This document shows positions 1 to 11,045 of a stretch of 64,000 bases of DNA, in pieces; the stretch's first letter is position 1, and every line of letters begins with the position of its first letter. The stretch covers positions 34,013 through 98,012 of the forward strand of contig CAVYHV010000029.1 in NCBI GenBank assembly GCA_963768425.1. The letters run 5' to 3'. A program made the position numbers and the translations under genes. The DNA is from Candidatus Bathyarchaeota archaeon. GTDB lineage: Archaea; Thermoproteota; Bathyarchaeia; Bathyarchaeales; Bathycorpusculaceae. The notes below the pieces were generated by a model that was given only the letters and a program-made list of their open reading frames with translations, was not told the origin of the DNA and searched no databases.

Positions 1-717
<717 letters not shown>

Positions 718-1033
718 TTTTTGCTTAAGGAAATGAGGTTTACAGAAGCCTTCTCCCTTTCTCCTCGATCCTTCTCCTCGCCTGTCCTCAAACAATCAAC
801 TGTTACAAAGCAATATAAACGGTATTGCTGCGCCCGATATATTCCAGTTATGGCTTATTTCGTTTGCTAAGGTAAAAGTAAGATATGTATATCCATTTTT
901 TTGATTGTTTTATCGCAAACTTTAACGTAACTATTATTTACTCGGAAATCGGTTTTTTTCCAAAACAAGGACTTTTTCTGGTTTTTGGGTTTGGAATTTT
1001 CTGTTTATTTTTCATGGAGTAGTCTTTCTGATT

Positions 1034-1049
1034 TCACGATATATTGCGA
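1034..1049. promoter_or_regulatory. Candidate NrdR box
   Basis: TCACGATATATTGCGA resembles the NrdR consensus acaCwAtATaTwGtgt; ~100 bp upstream of nrdR; a weaker copy 31 bp downstream overlaps the TTATATA TATA box. Confidence 0.6.
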
Positions 1050-1146
1050 GATTAATGTTGAAACAACTTATATATGCGCTAACTATAGTGTGTTGTCAAG
1101 ATCGTTAGCACTACCTATATATCAAACTATGAAAACTGTGTAAGAT

Positions 1147-1596
1147 ATGAGATGTCCATACTGCAACTCTGAAAACTCCAAAACTCTGGAAACACGTGAA
1201 TCTCCAGAAAACACTACACGGAGACGAAGAGAATGCATCAACTGCGGAAAACGCTTCACAACTTACGAGTACGTTGAAACCGTCGAGCTCATGGTCAGAA
1301 AGAAAGACGACCGCCTTGAACGATTCGACGTTAACAAAATCATCCGTGGCTTACAGAAAGCATGCGAGAAAAGGCCAGTGACAATGAGCCAGATCAACGA
1401 GTTAGCAGAACAGGTAAGGCAGGATTTGATGCTTAAAAACACCGAAGAAGTCACGTCGCAGGAAATCGGCGATTTAATAATGAAGCACCTAAAAAACGTC
1501 GACCGCATTGCGTACATTCGGTTTGCATCTGTTTACAAGCAGTTTGAAGAGCCTGAAGATTTCAGGCGGTTACTCCTTGAGGTGAAAAAACAATGA
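1147..1596 (+). CDS. nrdR: Transcriptional repressor NrdR
   Basis: MRCPYC...RRRRECINCGKRFTTYE Zn ribbon, ATP-cone, AYIRFASVY. Confidence 0.96.
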   Translation: MRCPYCNSENSKTLETRESPENTTRRRRECINCGKRFTTYEYVETVELMVRKKDDRLERFDVNKIIRGLQKACEKRPVTMSQINELAEQVRQDLMLKNTEEVTSQEIGDLIMKHLKNVDRIAYIRFASVYKQFEEPEDFRRLLLEVKKQ

Positions 1597-3719
1597 AGTT
1601 CGTGTTAAAACGTGATAGTAAATTAGAACCCTTCGATCAAGAACGCATTACCATCGCCATTTGGAAAGCTGCGAAAGCATGTGGCGGCAGAGATAAAGAG
1701 CAGGCAAAACGCGTAAGCGAAGAAGTAGTCGCAGAACTCCAAAAAACCTACGGGGACGACGGGGTACCTACGGTTGAGGAAATCCAGGATGTCGTTGAAA
1801 AGCGCTTGATCGAAAACGGGCACGCGCAAACGGCGAAAGCCTACATTTTGTATCGCAAACAGCACAGTGACATGCGTGAGTTAGCCGCGCTTCTGAGTTC
1901 CTCAGATATGGTTGACCAGTACCTTGAGGTTGAAGATTGGCGTGTTAAAGAGAACAGCAACATGAGCTATTCACTTCAGGGTTTAAACAATTACTTGTCA
2001 TCCACGGTTATAGCCAAATATTGGATATCGCGAATCTACCCAGAGAACATTGCTGACGCCCATTTTTCAGGCGACATGCACATTCATGACTTAGGCGTTT
2101 TAGGCGCTTACTGCGTCGGCTGGGACGTAAGCGAGTTGTTGATGGCAGGGTTCGGAGGGGTCGCCGGCAAAATTGAGAGCAAACCAGCAAAACACTTCCG
2201 CACAGCGCTGGGTCAAGTAGTAAACTTTTTCTATACACTACAGGGTGAAGCTGCAGGCGCACAGGCTTTCAGCAACTTTGACACTTACCTTGCACCGTTC
2301 ATACGACATGACCATCTTAATCAGCAAGAGGTGCAGCAGGCGCTTCAGGAGTTCTTCTTCAACATGAACGTGCCGACTCGCGTGGGCTTCCAGACACCGT
2401 TCACCAATTTAACGTTGGATCTAGTTGTGCCAGACTTCATGAAGAACGAGGCTGTGCTGTTCAACGGTACAGTAACACAGGACACTTACGGCGACATGAC
2501 TAAGGAAATGGAAATGTTCAATTTAGCCTTCGCCGAAGTTATGCGTCAAGGCGACTCGAAAGGCAGAGTCTTCACTTTTCCAATCCCAACGTACAACATA
2601 ACGAAAGATTTTGATTGGGATTCGCCTGTGGCGCAAGCAATCTTCGAGGTTACCGCAAAGTACGGTGTCCCCTACTTCTCAAACTTCGTTAACAGCGATA
2701 TGAAACCTGAGGACGTGCGGAGCATGTGTTGCCGCTTACGCATAGACAACCGTGAACTACGCAAGAGAGGAGGAGGCTTCTTCGGCGCCAACCCGTTAAC
2801 AGGAAGCATCGGCGTCGTAACCCTAAACATCCCAAGAATTGGCTACTTGTCCAAAGATGAGGACGAATTCTTTGAACGCTTAGAAAAGCTGATGGAAACT
2901 GCTAAAGAAAGTTTGGAAATCAAACGCAAAGTGCTTGAAGCATTCACGGAGAACGGTTTGTACCCGTATTCCCGCCGTTACCTGCGGCATGTGAAAGAAG
3001 GGTATGGCAAGTACTGGAAGAACCATTTCTCCACAATAGGCATAGTTGGAGTCAACGAAGCAATCATAAACCTGCTTGGACAAAACATCGCCACGCGTGA
3101 TGGACAAGCCTTCGCCGTTAAAATGTTAGATTTCATGCGCAACCGTCTGGCGGATTATCAAGAGGACACTGGCTGCATCTACAACCTTGAAGCAACCCCC
3201 GCCGAAGGCACATCTTACAGACTCGCTCGCATAGACAAGCGCCGATACAAAGACATCATTTTCGCTAACCAAAAACAGGTAGTAGCGGACCATGCGGAAC
3301 CATTCTACACGAACTCTTCGCAGTTACCTGTTGACTTTGCCGGCGACCTCTTCGAAGCCCTAGAACACCAGGAAACACTACAATCGCTCTACACCGGAGG
3401 CACAGTGTTTCACATTTTCCTAGGCGAGAGGCTTAACTCTTGGAAGGCTGCTGCCGAACTCATCAAAAAAGTCTCCTGGAACTCAAAGTTGCCCTACTTC
3501 ACGTTAACGCCGACCTTTAGCGTTTGCCCAACACACGGCTACATAAGCGGCGAACACAAACAATGTCCAAATTGCCAAGCAAACTGCGAAGTTTACTCTC
3601 GAGTAGTCGGGTACCTTCGTCCAGTTGACCAATGGAACGATGGAAAACAGGCCGAGTTCGCAATGCGCAAGACTTTTGACCGATCAACAATTATGGCTTC
3701 AGTTCCCCTGACAAGTTAA
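1593..3719 (+). CDS. nrdD: Class III (anaerobic) ribonucleoside-triphosphate reductase
   Basis: N-terminal ATP cone, SMCCRL, EATPAEG, C-terminal CPTHGY..CPNC and glycyl-radical motif YSRVVGYLRP; ATGA overlap with nrdR. Confidence 0.96.
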   Translation: MKFVLKRDSKLEPFDQERITIAIWKAAKACGGRDKEQAKRVSEEVVAELQKTYGDDGVPTVEEIQDVVEKRLIENGHAQTAKAYILYRKQHSDMRELAALLSSSDMVDQYLEVEDWRVKENSNMSYSLQGLNNYLSSTVIAKYWISRIYPENIADAHFSGDMHIHDLGVLGAYCVGWDVSELLMAGFGGVAGKIESKPAKHFRTALGQVVNFFYTLQGEAAGAQAFSNFDTYLAPFIRHDHLNQQEVQQALQEFFFNMNVPTRVGFQTPFTNLTLDLVVPDFMKNEAVLFNGTVTQDTYGDMTKEMEMFNLAFAEVMRQGDSKGRVFTFPIPTYNITKDFDWDSPVAQAIFEVTAKYGVPYFSNFVNSDMKPEDVRSMCCRLRIDNRELRKRGGGFFGANPLTGSIGVVTLNIPRIGYLSKDEDEFFERLEKLMETAKESLEIKRKVLEAFTENGLYPYSRRYLRHVKEGYGKYWKNHFSTIGIVGVNEAIINLLGQNIATRDGQAFAVKMLDFMRNRLADYQEDTGCIYNLEATPAEGTSYRLARIDKRRYKDIIFANQKQVVADHAEPFYTNSSQLPVDFAGDLFEALEHQETLQSLYTGGTVFHIFLGERLNSWKAAAELIKKVSWNSKLPYFTLTPTFSVCPTHGYISGEHKQCPNCQANCEVYSRVVGYLRPVDQWNDGKQAEFAMRKTFDRSTIMASVPLTS

Positions 3720-3736
3720 AGAGGAATAAGCCAAAA

Positions 3737-4414
3737 ATGAAGTTTAGCGGACTGCAAAAGACAAGTCTAGTGGATTATCCAGATAGAGTAGCTAGCGTGC
3801 TTTTTACACCCGGCTGCAACCTCCGTTGTCCATTCTGCCATAACTGGCGCATAGCCGTTGATCCTCAACCTCCGTTTCTGCAGGAAGCTGCCGCACTAGA
3901 AATCTTGGAGAGCCGAAAAAGATACGTCGACGCCGTGGTAATAACTGGGGGCGAACCATGCATGCATAAGGAACTGCCCAAGTTTCTTGCTAAACTTAAG
4001 GAACGGGGCTTCGCAGTAAAGTTGGATACGAACGGGTTCTTCCCTGACATCCTTGAAGAATGCTTGGGAAACGTGGATTACGTGGCTATGGATGTGAAGA
4101 CTTGCAGAGAAAAATACAAGCTCCTCGGCGCACAAAACACAGATGGGCTTATGCGAACCATGGAAATCCTAAAGACGGGAAAGGTTCCTTACGAGTTTCG
4201 GACAACCGTGGTGCCGCAAATCGTCACCCAGCAAGACGCAACATGCATCGGCGAACTTGTGAAGGGCTCAAAAACTCACGTGCTCCAACAATTCATTCCT
4301 GAAGACACGCTTGACAAAAAGTTCCAGTCACTCAAGCCTTACACGCCCGAAACAATCGGCGATTTCGCAGAGACAATATGCAAATACACTGAAAACCTCC
4401 TGTTGCGGCTTTAA
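3737..4414 (+). CDS. nrdG: Anaerobic RNR activating radical SAM enzyme
   Basis: GCNLRCPFCHN (CxxxCxxC), TGGEP, DTNG; directly after nrdD. Confidence 0.93.
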   Translation: MKFSGLQKTSLVDYPDRVASVLFTPGCNLRCPFCHNWRIAVDPQPPFLQEAAALEILESRKRYVDAVVITGGEPCMHKELPKFLAKLKERGFAVKLDTNGFFPDILEECLGNVDYVAMDVKTCREKYKLLGAQNTDGLMRTMEILKTGKVPYEFRTTVVPQIVTQQDATCIGELVKGSKTHVLQQFIPEDTLDKKFQSLKPYTPETIGDFAETICKYTENLLLRL

Positions 4415-4480
4415 GAATTTCACAGAATCCACAAATTTCTTGTGTTTTCTTTGCTTTCACGTACTGGAAAATCCGGCATT

Positions 4481-4600
4481 TTTTGTTTGTGGTTTGGGTT
4501 GCTTTTTTGTGGAGAAGCTTGAATCATTTGAAGGTTGATACAATATTTGACAATATTTGACAAAAAACGACGATTTTTGACAAAATTTGACAATAGTAGA
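4481..4600. repeat. Dispersed non-coding element copy A: T/G-rich block + CTTGAATCATTTG + 10-bp-period (TTT)GAC array
   Basis: caatatttga-caatatttga-caaaaaacga-cgatttttga-caaaatttga; aligns without gaps to 61771-61890. Confidence 0.75.
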
Positions 4601-4623
4601 AATCAAAGGGATGAGAAAACCAC

Positions 4624-4737
4624 ATGCCGTTAACTCGAAAGGTAGCCTTTAGAGGCATCCGGAGAAGGGGAAAGAGTGCAACTAAAAAGAGTGTCCATTG
4701 CGTTTTGGGGTGCTCTCTTGGTTTAGAGCTTGAATAA
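4624..4737 (+). pseudogene. Short ORF/remnant MPLTRKVAFRGI..., possibly the N-terminus of a small AbrB/MazE-like protein
   Basis: 37-aa ORF; adjacent frames give EKG/ERVQL, recalling the 'G.R(I/V)Q' swapped-hairpin start; recollection only. Confidence 0.25.
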
Positions 4738-4870
4738 GCCCTAAAAATCTCCATAAATCTCTTTTTTCCTCGAAAAACCAACAAGGAAGACAACAGAATA
4801 GGCCGTTAACCTCGTTCTTAACATGTTTTGACTTGTTGCTTCTTTTGTCTTATTGTGTCACTTAAGCGCA

Positions 4871-4890
4871 ATATTCCAGATTTGGAATAT
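4871..4890. promoter_or_regulatory. Inverted repeat, possible operator
   Basis: ATATTCCA-gatt-TGGAATAT upstream of the 4946 ORF. Confidence 0.4.
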
Positions 4891-4945
4891 CAAAGATATT
4901 ACTGAAAACTATTAGAAACCACCTAAGAAAAGGAGACCAAAAATT

Positions 4946-5341
4946 GTGATGCTGTTCCCAAGAAACCTTGCAGAACTTGTAAAGAAACCTATTTTTAGTT
5001 CGAAATGGATTTATTTTTCCTATGGTTTCTTGATTTTCTGGGAGCTCTTAGACGGTTTAACAACTAAGATTGGTTTTGATTTAGGTCTTACGGAAGTGGG
5101 AACTTACGCAAAAGGAGTGTTAAGCGTTTACGGTTTTTGGGGGTTGATGGCTTGGAAATACAGCATAGTAGCTTCTGTTGGTGTGATGTTTTTCTTAACA
5201 TATTATTTAGTAAAGAAGTATGCTCCCACACGTTTGAACTCAGTATGTAAGATTATAACAGTCGGAGGCCTAATCGGAGGCATGGCTTCGGCTCAAGTTG
5301 TGCTCTCCAATATCTTACAGCTTCAACTTGTTCTGCATTAA
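4946..5341 (+). CDS. Small membrane protein, DUF5658-like
   Basis: Three hydrophobic segments; LDGLTT..G..E pattern; AGGAG RBS. Confidence 0.6.
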   Translation: MMLFPRNLAELVKKPIFSSKWIYFSYGFLIFWELLDGLTTKIGFDLGLTEVGTYAKGVLSVYGFWGLMAWKYSIVASVGVMFFLTYYLVKKYAPTRLNSVCKIITVGGLIGGMASAQVVLSNILQLQLVLH

Positions 5342-5649
5342 CATAAAAAACCGTTCTGAAAGAACGTTTGCTTCAGCCAACAGCAGTGCGTATCCTAACA
5401 TGACGTACAAATGAATATTCGGAAGATAACCACTATGATAATAATAGCGGTGTTGAAGTCAACCGCTCAGAGCCCTCTCGACACGGTATTTGCTCTAATG
5501 GTTTGCATTTCCCCCTCTTTCTCCTTTTCCCGGGTTAAGGGGGCTCTGTGCTTCTAATTCAAATCTATTCTTTAGAAATCCTTACAATTCAAAAATATTG
5601 AATTGGAACTGCCGAGAATTTCAGAGTTGAAATCTTCTCTTTTCATTGG

Positions 5650-6197
5650 TTACTTGTTCGATGCTTGTTTATCTGCAGGAGATGTTTGCGAAACAGGTGC
5701 AGCCGCTTCAAGGCTTGGCTGGTCTGGAGTCAGTTGTTTTTGGGTTTTATCTGACAATATTTGTATTTTCTCTGCCATCGGATGAAGAAGATCTGGAGGG
5801 GGATAAGGAGTGTTCAGGTTGGACGATAGAATGTAGATTGAATTGAAAACGTGCTGGTAAATTGTGAAGAGTATCTGAGGGATCTTTGTTTTGGGGTTTA
5901 CTTCAAGTTTTTTCTTTATGTCATCAGGTTTACCAACTAAAGTTACAGTACCCGCAATATTGTATTTGACAACATTTGGTTTAGTTGAGATCGCCAAACT
6001 AAATGAAAGTGTTACTTCATTCGTACCTTTTTTCTGTTCTTCCAGCTTTGCGTTGACGTCAAAAAACAACTCGTCTTTTGAGAGGTACTCCCCAGTTCGT
6101 TCAGCTTGTAGACTAGTGAGCTTTATTGAAACGATGACCCCTGAAACAGAATACTGTGGATTTACGTCTGATTCCTCTCTTACATCATTCTCGTCAT
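5650..6197 (-). CDS. Hypothetical protein, possibly SecB-like alpha/beta fold; true start likely near 6197 (single indel)
   Basis: Frame is open 43 codons upstream of the listed TTG; ATG at 6197 is one base off frame; alternating beta-strand pattern then helix and PYPPP motif. Confidence 0.55.
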
Positions 6198-6248
6198 TTT
6201 AGTATTTAACTTTTGTATCTCAAACAAGATTTAACATTAATGCGGGTT

Positions 6249-6827
6249 TTATTCTATTGGACTAAAGAATGCTGGCACGGAAAGCTCCCCCATGAAATTG
6301 AAGGTTTCGTTGCCCTTAGCATTCGGTTTCGGTTTTAATACTATTTTTTTCGGAATGTCATCTTCAAAGTAAACAACGTAATTAACAGTTGTTCCCAGTC
6401 CGAGCCGAGCGAGCTGTTGCACGGATGATTTGAATTTCTCGTTTTCTTGAATTTTCATGTTGATTTTTTCGATTGCTTCAAACAAGATTTCGGTTTGTCC
6501 TTGTTCAGTAAATGAGATGTCAATGTCGCCTGATTGAACCCAACATGAGGCTTCTTCTTTGCCTTTTCCTTTTTTAGCTCCATTCTTTCCTTTATCCGTT
6601 TTTTCAGGTGGTTTCTTTGATTGACTACGCATGTTTTTTTGCAGGGCTGCTGATTTTTGGAACCATTCGTCATTTTTGTGTGATACTTCGAAGTCTCGCA
6701 ATAGTGTCCCAAGCCATTGGCTATAATCTTCGAATGTTGCCCGGTATTGACTCGTTTGATTTGCTATGAATTCAGTCAATTCTTTTAGTGAGGTGAAAGT
6801 TTGAATTTCTGTTCCCATTTTTTCCAC
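6249..6827 (-). CDS. Hypothetical protein (N-terminal helical part, Lys-rich linker)
   Basis: 192-aa ORF, normal composition. Confidence 0.65.
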   Translation of the reverse strand: MEKMGTEIQTFTSLKELTEFIANQTSQYRATFEDYSQWLGTLLRDFEVSHKNDEWFQKSAALQKNMRSQSKKPPEKTDKGKNGAKKGKGKEEASCWVQSGDIDISFTEQGQTEILFEAIEKINMKIQENEKFKSSVQQLARLGLGTTVNYVVYFEDDIPKKIVLKPKPNAKGNETFNFMGELSVPAFFSPIE

Positions 6828-7116
6828 TCAGTTTTCATAATTTTTATCAAACTGTTCCATTCAGACAATTACAAGGTCTAATTTTTGGGATAATAGGATT
6901 TGTCCATCGCAGAAATTACATACTCTTTTTAAAGTCGACATCTTGCAAATCTGCTTTCATTTTTAGGCGATTGATTGAAGATGGCTCGGCTGGCTTCATG
7001 ACTATTTTCAGGAAAAAGCAATAATTGTTTTTATCCAAAATCTTTTATGTTATTGAACAGCATAGAAAGACTAACAGTGAAAGCTGGGCAAAAGTTAGTT
7101 GTGAGGTTGCTGAGGT

Positions 7117-7770
7117 TTGGGCGAAGATATGGACATTTTGATTCAGAGAGAGGAAGCCAAGCTTTTGCCTTTTTGCTCACGAATGGAAGAACTCAAAACA
7201 GAATTTATTATGGAAACGGCGGATTTTGCTTCTGAATGGTTCAAGAAAACTGCGAACGAATACGTTACCAAATATCCTGAAGTTACTTTAACCATGAGTG
7301 AAGAAAAACTAGCCAATATGAAAACTAAAGTTAATGAATTAATTGGAAACTCGGAAAAAATAGTGAAAAGTGAGTTAGAAAATCCCGATTTATGGTGGCA
7401 CCAAAAGCCGCATCTTCATGACTCAATCGAGCAATACACGCAAGTAGCAGACAAATACCCTGAAATCCTTGATCGGGCCGTAAGACATGCGCTAGGAAAT
7501 CTGGGTACCGTTTTGGAGGAATTTAGATTCCACGTTATCGCGAGCGGAAACACAGGTTCATATCAAGAATTCTGGTTTGAACATCCGCAGGATAGTGACA
7601 AAACAATTCCAATCTATCCCCATCTTCTTGAATGGACAGAAGAGATGCAAGACACAATCAGAAAATACAATGCCCAATTCGTTCAAGCAATGAAGTTGTA
7701 TGATGAAATACAAAAGCTCAAAGACCAGAAGAAGAGGCTACAAGCCATGGCGCGCTGGGAATCCGTTTAG
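7117..7770 (+). CDS. Hypothetical coiled-coil protein
   Basis: 217-aa helical ORF. Confidence 0.65.
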   Translation: MGEDMDILIQREEAKLLPFCSRMEELKTEFIMETADFASEWFKKTANEYVTKYPEVTLTMSEEKLANMKTKVNELIGNSEKIVKSELENPDLWWHQKPHLHDSIEQYTQVADKYPEILDRAVRHALGNLGTVLEEFRFHVIASGNTGSYQEFWFEHPQDSDKTIPIYPHLLEWTEEMQDTIRKYNAQFVQAMKLYDEIQKLKDQKKRLQAMARWESV

Positions 7771-7967
7771 AACAACTATTCCTTAAACTTGAAATATTCT
7801 AAACTTAATTTCTTAAGTTAAAACGGTTCTTTGACAAATTTCATTAAACTTTGCAGCTCCAGTATTATTTGGAACAAAAAATACCCGAGAACCTGTTGGA
7901 AGGAGGCAACAAAAATCAAGGATATCAAAAACCTTTTTTTAGAAAGAAAGATATCGTCTGTTTATCG

Positions 7968-9641
7968 TCAGCTTCCCCTGAACTTTAAGAAATAAACTAC
8001 CCCGATAGCAGCTTCAGCACCAATTAGCCCGGCAATAATAAACAGAGAATATCTAACGTAAAATGACGGTTCAGTCACGGTTATAAATAACTCTTGGCTG
8101 TCACACCTTAAGGACGCCTGAGTTTCAGGCGAGGTTGCGAAAACAGCCCAAGGTCCACAAGAGTTAGGTCGGAAACTTGCGTCAAAAGTTCCATTGTCAC
8201 TCACCGGGCATTCTAATGTTTTGGTGAAGTTAGAGCTGCTGAATTGCACGTCAACCACGGAACCATTATAGTCTGGAGCAACCATAGAATCAGTGTTGTT
8301 CAGAGTTAGAACTCCTTTAATTGTTATGTTTTCGCCAAGGAGTATTCTATTTTCAACTGCGTTGATGTCAAGAGTCAACGGTTCCTTCACCGTGTAGTTG
8401 CCCGATGAATAAAATCCATTTTCTATTACATCTGTCGCATTAATTTTGTATTGAACGAGCGTTCCGGCGGTTTGACCCGGTATTGTTGCTATGCATGTTT
8501 GGTTACTGACGTCCATATTCAAAGTTTTAGTGTTGTTCCAATTGTCGGTCGTGTATGATAGTTGAGCTGTCTCCAAATCTGTATTGTTCGTCGTATAAGT
8601 AAGCGGGGTTGGCTCCTCAGGATAAACTCTGCTTGGAATAGTTAATGGTATCAAGGAAGAATTTTCGAAATTAGTCTTTAACATAAACTGAATATTGCCT
8701 GAACCTACCTCTCCGATAAATACCACATGATAGAGATTTGCTCCAATATTTGGCGAAGTGTAATTTAGAGACATTGATTGACCCATGTATTCGCAGCTTG
8801 CGTAGGCCACGCCTCGGTAGCTATTTGGTTCAAAATTGTAACCACCAACTGAACCAGTTAGATTGCCATACAAACCGGGTTCCCACGCTAGTGGAAAATT
8901 GTCTAAGCTCGGCGATGCAGCATTATTCATTAAGTAAAGCCTAGCTTCATACATGTCTAACGTGTTTGGAACTTTTACGTACAATTGAACATATGAGGCG
9001 TTGGTTTCGAATTCATATGCCCAATTTGTGTAAAAATTAGCGACACCACCGTTTGTGCCCTCGACAATACTATTATACCACTGGTCGCAAAGGAGATTTT
9101 CAATGATCATGAAAGTGGCTTCTTGAGCGCCCTCGCTGTCTACTGGATTGTTGTTTATAACAAATGTGTAGTTGCCTGACTGTGTTGGAGTAAAAAGTGC
9201 GGTATTAACGGTTGTGCCTAAGTGTTCTGGAAGACCTGCTGATTGAGTATGTGAACTCTCCAAGTTTCCTTGGGGGTCATAAACGTAGACGTTGTAGTCT
9301 GTCATTGCTGAGGTTGACGTGTTTATGTACGCTCCATAAAAGTAAATGTGGTAGTTATGGCCTTCCAATAATGGGCATATAATGGTCCAGTTTTCGCCGA
9401 TCGCTATTTGTGAACTCTTAATTAACACTGGGAACATTGGTTTTTCAATGTAAGTGCAGTTTCCTTCAGCGTTATTGAAATTATGTACGTAATTTGTGTA
9501 TTCTGACGTAGTGGTTAATTGAACAGTTGAGGCGGGGGTCTGGGAGGTAGACGCTTGAGCCATGAATAATGGACTGACAACTAAGACAACGATTGTAATT
9601 AGTGATAGGATTTTAGCTTGTCGCTTGATTTTCAGATGCAT
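7968..9641 (-). CDS. Secreted, C-terminally membrane-anchored surface protein (beta-sandwich repeats)
   Basis: Signal peptide, many NxS/T sequons, Ig-like C-terminal region, TM helix + KFRGS tail. Confidence 0.75.
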   Translation of the reverse strand: MHLKIKRQAKILSLITIVVLVVSPLFMAQASTSQTPASTVQLTTTSEYTNYVHNFNNAEGNCTYIEKPMFPVLIKSSQIAIGENWTIICPLLEGHNYHIYFYGAYINTSTSAMTDYNVYVYDPQGNLESSHTQSAGLPEHLGTTVNTALFTPTQSGNYTFVINNNPVDSEGAQEATFMIIENLLCDQWYNSIVEGTNGGVANFYTNWAYEFETNASYVQLYVKVPNTLDMYEARLYLMNNAASPSLDNFPLAWEPGLYGNLTGSVGGYNFEPNSYRGVAYASCEYMGQSMSLNYTSPNIGANLYHVVFIGEVGSGNIQFMLKTNFENSSLIPLTIPSRVYPEEPTPLTYTTNNTDLETAQLSYTTDNWNNTKTLNMDVSNQTCIATIPGQTAGTLVQYKINATDVIENGFYSSGNYTVKEPLTLDINAVENRILLGENITIKGVLTLNNTDSMVAPDYNGSVVDVQFSSSNFTKTLECPVSDNGTFDASFRPNSCGPWAVFATSPETQASLRCDSQELFITVTEPSFYVRYSLFIIAGLIGAEAAIGVVYFLKFRGS

Positions 9642-10009
9642 GGCTGAATCAGATTACAAGCGTTATGTATTATGGATGTTTGACATATTGCTTATGAATG
9701 CTAAATCAATATTTGCAAGATTAGGCTTGATTCAAGATTTATTAACTGGAAACTTTGTTTTCAGGCGTTTTCTGGTTTGCTAGCTTTTTGTCTGTCTGGA
9801 TTGTTTCAGACAGTTTATTTTAAATTCATATCTTGAAGTTGGCTTTAACTTTCATAGTTGCAAGCATTATGTTGTGTATTGAATCTCGCTACAGAAGACA
9901 CTTATATGAAAAACGTTCATGCTAATCTAACGGGAAGTTCACATGATGAAAATAACAAACTTCCAAACAATTCAACAAAGGATGTTCTGATATGGGAGGT
10001 GAAAATATA

Positions 10010-10688
10010 ATGAATTACAATTCTTTCCGCAGGATTTTAAGAAACAAGTACGCTCTTAGCACTGTCGTAACGACGCTCATTATCCTAGTAATTTCAGTGC
10101 TGCTGGCTAGCGTAGTCACTTACTTCGCTATTAACGTAGTTAGCACGAGGGTTCAAGAAGAAAGTCTTTCGCTAAGCGATGCTCACATATGGCTCAACCC
10201 ATTGGCTGCCGCAGGGGCTGCCACCTATTCTCAGGCTTCACTTAAGGTCATTAATACTGGTGGTAGAGATGTGGTCATCACTAAGATAGCTGTCAGAGGT
10301 CAAGACAACGCATGGACTTCTTGGGCAACCGGAACACCCCCAACTGATAGTCAATTCTTGGTCTATTCAATAACTAACTCGCCCATACAAACTGACATGT
10401 ACTTCCAGCCTACTATGGCAATTCCAGTAGCTGATCCAGCCACCGTCGCTACACCTGTGACACAGCAACTTGCTCTAACTGGTGGCGCAGCAACTGCTCC
10501 AGCCGGATTCGCATTCAATTATGCTACAACTGACTTAGTGCTCAAATCAGGCTATACACTTGCTAGTCTACATAATGAATCCTGACAGCATCACCATAAA
10601 CGACATCGGCTTAACCGTTAGCATAACGCTCTACACAGCGCAGGCAATGTACTATCAAGAATGCAACGTCCAAGCCTACACAGCATAA
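10010..10688 (+). CDS. Major type IV pilin/archaellin-like protein 1 (extra T at ~10560)
   Basis: RNKYA|LSTVVTTLIILVISVLLASVV class III-like leader, INTGG motif; conserved tail ..QAMYYQECNVQAYTA in shifted frame; cactTgcta vs cactgcta in paralogue. Confidence 0.8.
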
Positions 10689-11045
10689 TAAGATCCTAAA
10701 AGCCATATCGAGGTTAAACCAATAATTCAAAACGTGACCGCTGAGTCGGGTTTCATAACAACCCCTCTTATTTGCGGGACTTATTTTTTTTACATTTCAT
10801 CAAGCAGCGACTTGTCTGTCAGGATTGGCTCGCACAGTTTATTATAAATACTTATTTTAGAACATGGTTTGTTTTTCATATTTCTAAGAAGGATGGGTTG
10901 TATTAAATCTCACTACAGAAGACATTTATAAACAAAGCACCTAACAAAAGACCTAACAAAAGTTACTCGGAGTGGGGAATATTGAACAAAAACCAACAAC
11001 AAATCGAACACACAAACGCATCCCTAAACAAGGGAGGTGACTAAT

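Noticed and set aside
750-790. Pyrimidine repeats (CTTCTCCTCG) after the oxidoreductase gene
   Set aside because: Low-complexity, terminator-region text; no further evidence
4541-4600. CRISPR array (also 61828-61901 and 43968-44006)
   Set aside because: Units are 10-13 bp with no 30-40-bp spacers; no cas genes
4524-4793. Listed minus-strand ORFs over the repeat elements (also 61662-61961)
   Set aside because: A 10-bp period is out of codon phase, and the two homologous copies use different frames
5386-5508. Tiny minus-strand pilin-like peptide (..RGL*/VDFNTAIIIIVVIF)
   Set aside because: Needs an assumed indel and is too short to support
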